DNA of 64,000 bases, from IMG/VR virus record IMGVR_UViG_3300034101_003866, positions 86,249-150,248 of that record, one strand, 5' to 3'. A program made the position numbers and the translations under genes. The DNA comes from a virus. Under the pieces are notes generated by a model, which saw only the letters and a program-made list of their open reading frames with translations, searched no databases and was not told the DNA's origin. Shown piece by piece: positions 51,401 to 55,391 of the stretch. How positions within the stretch are numbered: position 1 is the stretch's first letter; the number at the start of each line of letters is the position of its first letter.

Positions 51401-54086
51401 TTTTTCTAGCATTGCCTGCCAATTCTCCAAGTTTTGTTGTATAGTCACTAACATCAGTTATTCCAAGCTTTTCCATTGCTGGCCTAACTATCGCCGCATT
51501 AGCTTCATCTCTTAGTACATCCGTATCAACTACTCCAATTTTTCTTTCTACTTTTCCTCCAACCATGAACTTAGCCAATCCTTTAGTCTCTGTCATTTTT
51601 TTAGTAAAATCACTGTCTTTGATTGTTTTTAGAAGACGGGCTCTGTTTTGTCTTATATTACCTAAACTATCAAATCTGTCCTGAGACTCTTCTGGCATAT
51701 AGTTAAACATATAATCATCTTTAATAACCCTATCCCATGATGACTTATTGGTATTGCCAAATCCTGAATTTTTCTTCATTATCTCTAGTCTATTTGCTAG
51801 CTTATCTGCTTGAATAATATCTTGACCTTTTTTAGTTCCACTATATTTTGCAACATTCTCTCCTACTAATTTTTTATTAAGAGCACCAATTTCCGCCATT
51901 GGTCTGCCATAGTAATCTACTTTATTAGCGTCGATAAAAATTTTAGCTAATTTTTCTTTACCAAGTCCACTTATAAAATCTATAGTTATATCTTTGGCTC
52001 TTTTGCCTTTCTCTCTATTACTAGCATATGCCGGACCTTTTCCTCCTTGACTAGCATACTCTTCTCTTTCTTTTTTTGATGCTTTAATTTCAAAAGCATC
52101 TATTCCTTCAAGTCTAGATGTGACTTTAAATTTACCTTTTTCACTAGGATAAATTAAATCGCCAGTTAGTTTTTTAAAACGTTTATTAACTAGTGTTTGT
52201 GTTGGATCAACCAATAAATTTATACTATCTGCATCATAAGCTTTGAGCCTACCAGCATACTGCTTGTTAGACTTAGAATATTCTTGAACATCAATATCGT
52301 CATATAGTTTACCTCCATTACCGAATCTTTTTCTTCTATTTGATTTTCCTGCTCGTATACTTCCACCACTTCCATACTTATTCATACTATGAAGATTATC
52401 AGCACCAATAGTTTCAACAGCTTTCTTTCGTATCACAAATTCTCCTGGCTCTAACATTGCCGGAACAGTATCTCCACTACCAGTGCCTGGAACAACACCT
52501 CCTCTTGCGAATTTTCTAATTACTCCACCATTAGCTTTACCGTCTGGTCCTCTTTTAACTCCAGTACTAAAACCACTAGCAAATTGAGTTAAAGCTTTAG
52601 CTCCTTTAAATGCTGTTATAATAGCAAGAGCTGGTAATATTCCTTTAATAGCATCTGTAACTTTAATTAGTCCACTAGCTAAACTTAAAGCTCCTCTTAT
52701 TAATGACTGAAATCCTTTTGATTGTCCTATTTCTCTGAATAAGGCAAAAAACTCTTGTCTTACTTTGCTAATTTGATTTGCTAAAGAAAGTTGTGCAGTT
52801 GCGGCGTCTTTTGCTAGTGATCCTTGTCCAGCTTGGGCGGTCTTTAATGCTTCTTGGGCAACTGTGAACTGCTGAATAAGTGGGATAACTTTACCAATTT
52901 GTCGGAATCCACCAAGTTCTTCAACTATCTTGGAAAACTGTAAACTTCTTGGGTCAATTCCGCTCAATCCTTTACTTAATAATTCAACAGCTTTATAGGC
53001 TCCTACGAATTTGCCCTCAGTATCGGTTAGATTAACTCCAAACTCTTTCAGAGCATCTATTGTGCCTCCTCTCTGAATACGAGTAAAAATTGTTCTTAAG
53101 CCAGTAGAAATAGTTTCAGCACTTTCACGAGTAGTAGCACGAACACTGGTAAAAACTGCAATAAATTCATTTAAAGCATCCTTACCTTCGCTAACTCCCT
53201 TACTTGCTGTTGCGAATACGCTACCCGTTCTTTGAACAGCAGTAATAATGTCAGAAGACTCAACAGCGAATCTGGCAGCAACAGTATTTACAGCACCTAA
53301 TGCTCCTTCTAAATCATCTGCACTAATACCAAACTGTCGCATCAATGCGATACTTCCTTCTACTGTCTCATTCATGTCATCAAAAGACGGAGCCAAACTA
53401 CTTAATGCTAAAGCTCTTAACGCTTTTTCTGTTTCTCTTGCGCTTAAACCGGCCTGTGCTAATGTAGAAGCAACAGAGGTCAAATCTTTAGAGCTAACGC
53501 CAAATGTTGTTGACAGATTTGTAATTTGATCTTGTAGTTTAGCAAGACCTGATGATGATTCTCCAGTAACTTGTTGTAATTTAACTAATTCTTTATCATA
53601 ATCAATAAACGCTTGAACACCCTGACTAATACTATTAGTAAGTCCATATATAACACTAGTAACAGTACTAAATGCTACGAATCTTCTGATAGCAAGACCA
53701 GCCTGTTTACCGAACTCTTGCATCTCTGCTGATGCTGATCCAAGATCTTTTGCTGATGAGGATGATGCTTTATTAAGTTTATTAACAGCATTAGCTGCTG
53801 CATTTATTTGTTGTGGAATATTATTTACTTTAACACTATTTATACTATTGCCAAAAGCTTTGATAGCTGCTGCAGCAGAAGTGGCGGCTGTCGTTGTTGA
53901 ACCAAATGTAGCATTTAATGTCTTAAGAGACGAGGACAAAGCCGCAACATTTTTAGTTACAGCAGGATCAAGCTTAAAAGTAACATTCGCATTAATATTA
54001 CCAAGATCTTTTTTAATTTGTGCAGCAATTTGCTTTACATTTGTTGGTCCTTGTAAATTAAGTTGTGCAGTTAGGTTGAATGCCAT
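36438..54086 (-). CDS. Giant tape measure protein (5882 aa) carrying multiple enzymatic cargo domains
   Basis: Follows tail tube and chaperone genes; N-terminal TP901-family tape-measure signature (FIDYDKELVKLQQVTG...LAQAG...); long Ala/Lys/Glu helical tracts; four DTVPA(M/L)L.PGEFV modules; AGGA RBS. Confidence 0.92.
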   Translation of the reverse strand: MAFNLTAQLNLQGPTNVKQIAAQIKKDLGNINANVTFKLDPAVTKNVAALSSSLKTLNATFGSTTTAATSAAAAIKAFGNSINSVKVNNIPQQINAAANAVNKLNKASSSSAKDLGSASAEMQEFGKQAGLAIRRFVAFSTVTSVIYGLTNSISQGVQAFIDYDKELVKLQQVTGESSSGLAKLQDQITNLSTTFGVSSKDLTSVASTLAQAGLSARETEKALRALALSSLAPSFDDMNETVEGSIALMRQFGISADDLEGALGAVNTVAARFAVESSDIITAVQRTGSVFATASKGVSEGKDALNEFIAVFTSVRATTRESAETISTGLRTIFTRIQRGGTIDALKEFGVNLTDTEGKFVGAYKAVELLSKGLSGIDPRSLQFSKIVEELGGFRQIGKVIPLIQQFTVAQEALKTAQAGQGSLAKDAATAQLSLANQISKVRQEFFALFREIGQSKGFQSLIRGALSLASGLIKVTDAIKGILPALAIITAFKGAKALTQFASGFSTGVKRGPDGKANGGVIRKFARGGVVPGTGSGDTVPAMLEPGEFVIRKKAVETIGADNLHSMNKYGSGGSIRAGKSNRRKRFGNGGKLYDDIDVQEYSKSNKQYAGRLKAYDADSINLLVDPTQTLVNKRFKKLTGDLIYPSEKGKFKVTSRLEGIDAFEIKASKKEREEYASQGGKGPAYASNREKGKRAKDITIDFISGLGKEKLAKIFIDANKVDYYGRPMAEIGALNKKLVGENVAKYSGTKKGQDIIQADKLANRLEIMKKNSGFGNTNKSSWDRVIKDDYMFNYMPEESQDRFDSLGNIRQNRARLLKTIKDSDFTKKMTETKGLAKFMVGGKVERKIGVVDTDVLRDEANAAIVRPAMEKLGITDVSDYTTKLGELAGNARKSGSLSRFRAIAGAAGSGKSSLATGKGANDDATLRKTIRSQILTPEDINKVNEVIVLTSTASQTKLDAYLKDVDRAYVLSSNSREEQDRVRSNRESRDITGEGLYGRKPGTTRAADIDFGLEETILRDELGKRATVLGRKKDSFGLRRKRESELPEIVQAGGFYMGGFAPPTRGHRGALDTLLENMLAKNPNSSLEDILVSVAPDLPMIVGKEGIDHAARYGIFPSDIRTLFSQMNFGNAMISTQSQTAGGLPKFMEVTDAGDRRKFARLKGAMAITSGKDDKTLGKYQRAGIDVTDIPRIEDISATAVRDALFNGDDKTLTSLMNPDIASILMGNRAQLRNRSTMVPMLIEEIQKFVDQDKVRSNAEVAEILSNAPGGPYGNVSADLKKNYPEIAEQVKQIRDKRDRVSKGAFGYRAFNIISALSAKYPETYGLDPSRKSPVSAQPSDITREAISAQISEQMAGEFGGVPTEMPSGLEEAILKNVEKATQVKKSSGILPAQGSEILKRFGTERLPNDPSFGPFSGKTVRDTADGGKLKYWNSAFRPETKADKLAYYIATRDYLIDKFNESQGTQKATALAETTNAVLSSKQLGLVGLNPLGYTGLLGPETWNLGVDPSGQERSIDASIVQRGLPTQYQNVIDYLSGQTEEIVGGAAKLLGISAKKLTKKQRETLGQGNIEGALLEQIFGSADATILDDALRTRPIDFPMGIGSKAAKIFGIDPDIPTEVKRTIDSNSRGKAVEEFQKYFRQQYSIPEPKELEQPQKLARGGKASRRFTFSKEPIGPSPFDIPKSKVDYFSLEQGSGFSALEFNSLARDAKTFGLNLEEFKEMLEKRRARKAALSGVKTDFSSLLAPETLSDPTPRQQILAEMLKGEPDPGLRPMKRYVDGGEVYSPQQLVSLAKYRTGPFPGGGTDSEFINRYLEDNDSFMEYLKTFHADPPKAYDATKNAAKDLLEMFNSKESMSGSKRSGKLYSTVAGGKLKTILTQIGNPLSSNKDIPDAIGKSFNLNGSLLSTSESPDTAAVFQPENGSSAMLSIFRNKNIPSIDVDKTIFDTSTEDDVIKALSKYIDPVSGKSGADYLSRSRSATRIEKEFILPPTSKFRIDDIDRIISKDQEDKLLGGDIRHIEGMKVQQFADGGKTKLYHGSNTGVDDSVLKSFKEKGALSNIATGYGQGAGFYLYTEKNKAEQQAKMRVGGGSGFTVTSGDTSGKPMVLSFDEILDPKTYDLDYELQKNLVTQWLYDNFDKIKDKAAPDKEKGLAGIRDVIAKDASKGVMSAGIKVQSAEGSRKALYAGGDSNIREGEILGQIMNRLQSGDPELINSFESELFKRPLGLALKYTGSNPLKPTNIETFANGGQAGISSQDTVPALLTPGEFVINKKAAQNIGYGKLEKLNKADKIQGYNKGGVVGGGVIQRFATGGSVFSIEAIMQGLKGLAEPAVQKLKTRPETIDSKSLEASSELFNNVKLLAQGFEEAGYSMISFKKILEQVGAGADISYKDIERAMTKDVERLKITGASIDTIIAAEKALKAVRDQAKTAVVKRQFLEAGLKESKTGKVLGSGGAQQAILTEAEKKEKLITAQRKSQIEKDLIKKDPSLLGDKDKLERRTNRRLEKEQRQIKEQAFASATEKVTGIKRSELSGMGIGGADIQSYVSQSMTDRKTLAQMDKQLIAMRLEEYKNAGTVRGVSVKSASEALALAKEEVSKRREMINEMAKEQGEKGVGAAGLTDIRNSPIIKAIQGRYFSGTASQGVGTALGDVGMAAGLVGGQGKNIANLMYDTSTDAGKVGAAKTGAAIEKTGSTLATGLTTASQLMAINPYLGAAVAIGTALYAGADAAFDFTGAQKTAALEMEKNLRFEEVAASEKDLAKAFKDFEKDLGNIDLQKALDKALVRSSESSLKAVAAETKVAENEKGLTRTWTQFLSGAEKPKMDVQDVNELASKQAERNADSGDKAFALISQKINTGASVESIQADKELIGARRALVLADEDALKTVRARIISEGGYDKVSQQRQDAILDEVANEKILTNVQVQSAIKTKQMSDALEAADKAGRKLAASFEKLSSIVSESVNRIKFESDVRKSSAEKSRSALRGQSEDSGPKLRELNVLENPNAYSEQDFNDALKSATAGVDEKTRNQLIGGAQLQQQLPNAITKSIADKLSTKGSLGVDEAKAEAIKITNEKIDKTNLSDEQKTSLKKQAETRINNLAEEAKKKNDTPQAELDAFREGLGESDNILGAFGVKTLEAVKALSSFKQGALADFSEGLKDASKAAKDAQNYFKKARDIRVQGDMNLREVMTGVGETYDEKQARVMGDVSKLAGGETTVRGIQNRMVGLQAQRTAVEEKRQGISDPNELKKSAEQLRSLDDQLRDTREALDTLATSTELVEKAFDNLKNVRELQKNRESFVNQLLTNTPEEADKLNKTFIRLQRNLSGGLNNASNQRDARKAFNQTLRETGSVREATKAGNTVLANQRKETLALSQDPGVRAAQELNIRNQYAQGKGKPGVSADQAVADYFKQQQIQLTKSMAIESGMMNNPLVRQSIAAMEDPNADPAMKEASSKYLQSVGLQADATKAQGELALLESQQALVSANANLKVSIDDLRTTIEASMLNNDMNEGRVNAAGQKVVNPGVAVAAPVAPPKARGGLIYASEGQLVNFQPQGTDTVPAMLTPGEFVINARSTAEHLPLLKAINSGNYSKGGVVYLADGGKVAKPRTRADVQGKLDAEREEATQINRNIESRTRSYNSSDSKERASDEATGRELVDAEINAGTRNFVASTLDSVSGNWSTDEDKNAYVADYAESRARRRLENNTDMVTGRVGGAWDQLDDKQKQELIDKEKEGVNSVITDYSYNPGNYKDTWKETQIAMNARIDHSGTMRDRRERYSTPEEKQRLGQIDMNRNQGYAVQANMGDSSATTDRSIINDLDLVENKPNSTNMGRMASNAVNDAYRAAGIPEEAIGYGPGSGMEFHKDGVNWTERMAAEQAKPDFEARAQANMVRIEERERKLAADRLKAENVSANTNSQPMPVENPAKTARETAEVKAKEAQVAKSDIKPDMSYTTSVVQPSLPVPLVKAEVVPWGRGTTTKIRPTQEAINEKKKIKSEELRRRSLWLKGSKGRSSEEETEYATLKSNQIKREVGPYTVEKDRNISSLVNSAYRKGAQSNEITPEERSALKELGSDRRNRGSLRALSFIGALPPITSNGGKPGSVDPAMASRINEGYSRPSNEQQAAEQNAVIESGFTQQYTTNKPLQKPDPNDPKYKTRDPLLGLTRRIADNRAYEAQQTQQATQTNTSVNLRTPEIKNEDGRLGVNNGPMVPSPRVSLPGDYVAGRNYTYGSDPNTPRFESQKTVRDRESSRRDWFDFPLGSPSNVLATETMIKYPNQLFKPNSQINSYQSVGATDPYEYSNDPNIRAKAETQNVYRITASPGLSSSIQTATTSSDTKKKREADSAITSTKIGIEKRAQIAAQEQAFDVEFNQKLEASRSGKDPNTYAMEDDPEEREKYKKGRRQQVINERNQAKLDEQTGKIDNKFNQLLSEGKVKEDQREQYRTEQRKYMPKPYMEKLENYVVPTTEQLLQDQANSEAIAQFEGAQQVSAAEKVRAQQQKAEEDRQASLYINSSNPAIAAAGYVGGVTQGIGDALYGAANITAGAVATVASPIVGGIGYAMSGDDTAFKIGDENNLRNRTAENMYDEARANGRPMPSPQEIAAAQDAAVIRARAATANSERLNNQPGAYSAATRAAAEVGVNAMGAGAMGFVEAGQAVAGMGPIQTGEQTALQRNDARNVQLAGGMDSYLGFGTAFAQTTGYAASQGAGALINAEGAVFNAAGRIGGAAGRVVSSGAGIARRAAGNTVGRLPGAGRFARSVGATVDNVVGGAAQAAGDVREMGSYISGAFPRATSTAAAPFRSAGRAVRAGVDNFVEGVQDVATQMGDVLGVKGIVPDWAKPRVNPTTKYAPTNTAASAASVKNAKQGTIYVKPRPGQTQQALGYDPTVNAAPQRPSTVYVQPRKGQVPDATPGSGSVDDSLRTTTKADADAKAKLDSSKTQAESVNKARADADASAKVKADAAAKAKADAAKMQDDAAAKTRAKDAAKVQQEAADRAKVDAAAAKADAKSSTTPSKAGKASSAIDSAKEMSKEEFLSKLSSSESSVYDILGVQPGTPLTSQGVRDLVRKYNKFTHPDLGGSAELQARLNKIVELASDPDSLSQYDTILKNGIRLKDGTIVRPSPDRLLSVWKTKKVKGQVVPFAQSSFADLAPAGTKAKSTASTATATQSTKKAPSKAELREQSRASVRSSRQAERQSLAKMQKAELESMTSGQKAQMQAAREARMKPFSSNAEESAFAMRGIIKNSNLDTKAQETLDSFFTRYIDKNTTKGPSHLSYSSLYDDVTRYLVDSGLNSDDLMTQLYAKFDKGYNDFDLKLIRDVKEARQFPDGLRTYDPKVSKERPIAGSENAQMVIPGVRRTGKHKQGPGLYNPMKADLLDTPITKRGIAEREARLAASKATFDDFIAGVNQAKTPASLTANKQLAQLDAQIASLRSQEKPDSWFGLKKGVSKKEEIDKLLKTRNTMLYQAQIDEGKRVFEIEKTGLGQSYYDESDPLWKSAVEAGIPNQFRTYGSMRNAPADLIESAEAYGRLSNSYKQSRGVGTGRSTTSVDNKYVNYSGFEGAIIDPKTGKRSLEKFETKAHAQVEDTGKPVYEFDSQGGIHVRGPSLRAKSTEIYNIPADEVTPEIIEKLHKLGIQKFNKGGIVYANNGALIPYLSQGTDTVPAMLTPGEFVVNRESSQQHMPLLNAINSGHFNRGGIVNYLANGGIVAPKYYAAAGLVSGGSGGSSGSSGVSNDISSSISAAVGQAMNQLSTALQSGMETYSQMMQSSTETLNNFGQTFASASQTIASSANTWSETASQIPTSLTAEVTGRQVVDFTGLGKEGDRIVSSAAQAGQLAGSQTSQNTMAKYDRSQFEGNLNTAANNRPMRT
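38745..38925 (-). other. DnaJ J-domain within the TMP
   Basis: VYDILGV...RKYNKFTHPDLGGSAELQARLNKIVELASDPDSLSQYD: YDILGV, HPD (aa 5084-5086) and helix IV pattern. Confidence 0.85.
47340..47978 (-). other. ADP-ribosyltransferase-like domain (H-Y clade) within the TMP
   Basis: KLYHGS...GQGAGFYLYTEKNKAEQQA matches the YHG[ST]...G.GFY.T....A pattern. Confidence 0.7.
47994..48728 (-). other. VIP2/C3-like (R-S-E clade) ADP-ribosyltransferase domain within the TMP
   Basis: KLYS (canonical LYR), LSTSESPDTAAVF, EKEFILPPTSKFRI. Confidence 0.8.
49150..49400 (-). other. PD-(D/E)xK nuclease-like domain within the TMP
   Basis: GALLE...RPIDF...TEVKRT spacing fits E...PD...ExK. Confidence 0.5.
50400..50925 (-). 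other. HIGH-superfamily (cytidylyltransferase-like) nucleotidyltransferase domain within the TMP
   Basis: FYMGGFAPPTRGH (T/HxGH motif) and ISATAVRDAL (ISxTxxR motif). Confidence 0.85.
51000..51385 (-). other. P-loop kinase-like domain within the TMP
   Basis: FRAIAGAAGSGKSSLA Walker A after a hydrophobic strand; later Arg-rich lid-like RSNRESR. Confidence 0.7.
51843..52260 (-). other. Thermonuclease (SNase)-like domain within the TMP
   Basis: AYDADSI (DGDT-like), RLEGIDAFE (RLxGIDAPE), DYYGRPMA (DxYGR), LNKKLVGENVAKY, in the correct order. Confidence 0.85.
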
Positions 54087-54116
54087 AATTTGATTGTCCT
54101 AATTAATTATTTAGCT

Positions 54117-54161
54117 AAAAAAATATTCCCAGCCACAAGAAAAATCTCATGGTTGGGAATA
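54117..54161 (-). terminator. Rho-independent terminator between the chaperone-like gene and the TMP gene
   Basis: Minus strand: tattcccaaccatgaga-tttt-tcttgtggctgggaata followed by TTTTTTT. Confidence 0.75.
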
Positions 54162-54188
54162 CTAAAAAGAAGAATTATATTATAAAAA

Positions 54189-55088
54189 CTAAGCTGGAGC
54201 AACCTCTTTTGATTCAGAAACAACGGGCTGAGCTGGTTGAGTCTCTGGCTCGACTGTTTCTGTTTTTGCTGTTGGTTCATCTTTTTTGTCTTCTTCTAAG
54301 ATTACTGGGTTTCCGTTTTCATCTAGGAAAGGCTTTGCATCAACGAGATAATCTCCATCGGAAGTTACTCTGTTGCCATACTTATCAACAAAGTTACCTT
54401 CTTCGTCTATGAATCTTCCACTCTCATCAATCAGCCTACCTTCCGCATCAATTAGTCTGCCCTTCTTGTCTACTAATCGTAACTTATCATCAACAAACTT
54501 AAACTTCTTTAAGAATTTGTTTTCTGGTAAATTACTTTCGTAGTCATTATCCAAACCATACAGCATATTGGCCAAGTTTTGTGCTCCTAGTAGTCCAACC
54601 TGATCAGTTGATCTATTAAGATAGTCTTCCATATTGTTAAAATACGGTTGCTTGCTATCATTATACACCACACAAACACTAACTAAATAGTTAAATCTAG
54701 CATTATCTGCTTGACCTTCGGCACTATGATTGTCTAGAGATGTACGAACACTGATAAGATCTCGTATTTCATCTCTGACGCCCTTCATTTTAATCGCAAG
54801 GTCTTTGGCTTCATTTAAACTAAATCCACCCTTAGCGAGCCTCTTCTCGCCATCAAGCAATTCTTTTTGCAGAGTGGTGAACTTGGCCTGTTTCTCATCA
54901 TTCCATAATCCTTGATCTTCTAATAGATCATCTAATTTTGCCCTTACAACACTTTTGCTTTTAATAGCATCAGTAAAAGCTTGATTATAGACCTTCTGAG
55001 CCTCTCTTTGATCATTTAAAGATGGTGTTTTAACAAGAAATTCTTTTTCTGCACCATCAATCATTGTCTTAAAAGTCTTAGTTTTCAT
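54189..55088 (-). CDS. Putative tail assembly chaperone with C-terminal DxxG[RN][LFR][IV] repeats
   Basis: Directly upstream of the TMP; ATG at 55088 has AAGGAG RBS (track start is 55115); helical core, 7-aa repeats, acidic tail. Confidence 0.6.
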   Translation of the reverse strand: MKTKTFKTMIDGAEKEFLVKTPSLNDQREAQKVYNQAFTDAIKSKSVVRAKLDDLLEDQGLWNDEKQAKFTTLQKELLDGEKRLAKGGFSLNEAKDLAIKMKGVRDEIRDLISVRTSLDNHSAEGQADNARFNYLVSVCVVYNDSKQPYFNNMEDYLNRSTDQVGLLGAQNLANMLYGLDNDYESNLPENKFLKKFKFVDDKLRLVDKKGRLIDAEGRLIDESGRFIDEEGNFVDKYGNRVTSDGDYLVDAKPFLDENGNPVILEEDKKDEPTAKTETVEPETQPAQPVVSESKEVAPA

Positions 55089-55380
55089 ATCCGTCTCCTT
55101 CTTTCTTTTTATCAAAATTAAATTGATATTTTTGTTTTACTGTGTTATTATTACCAAAATAATTGCTAAGATCATCAATTGCTGATCGTGCTTGTTTATT
55201 TCCGTTGTTGAGTATACTATTTCTAGCATATTCCCACATATCTTCAAATTCTTCAGCTTCTTTGCTATCATTTTCCCATAAATGTCCAAAAATAGCTTCG
55301 AATCTTGCTAGTGAGCCAATCATTGTGGTTTGAAATTTTTTATATACATTATCTATTAAGAGTTTTTGTTCGTTTGTCAT
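55078..55380 (-). CDS. Hypothetical protein in the tail chaperone region (100 aa)
   Basis: ORF overlapping the next start; lies between tube and TMP genes. Confidence 0.7.
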   Translation of the reverse strand: MTNEQKLLIDNVYKKFQTTMIGSLARFEAIFGHLWENDSKEAEEFEDMWEYARNSILNNGNKQARSAIDDLSNYFGNNNTVKQKYQFNFDKKKEGDGYEN

Positions 55381-55391
55381 GATGTTGCTTT

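Noticed and set aside
36438-54086. Inteins as the explanation for the TMP insertions
   Set aside because: No C/S-start with HN-C/S/T end, Hint blocks or LAGLIDADG motifs seen at the insert boundaries, which are GG motifs
38431-54093. Many plus-strand ORFs of 60-190 aa opposite the TMP, and short alternative-frame minus ORFs
   Set aside because: Shadow ORFs of a long coding frame, Ser/Leu/Phe-biased, with no recognisable motifs
55085-55120. Programmed -1 frameshift between chaperone-region ORFs at GATAAAAAGAAAG
   Set aside because: Not a canonical X XXY YYZ heptamer, and the downstream ORF has its own AAGGAG RBS and ATG at 55088
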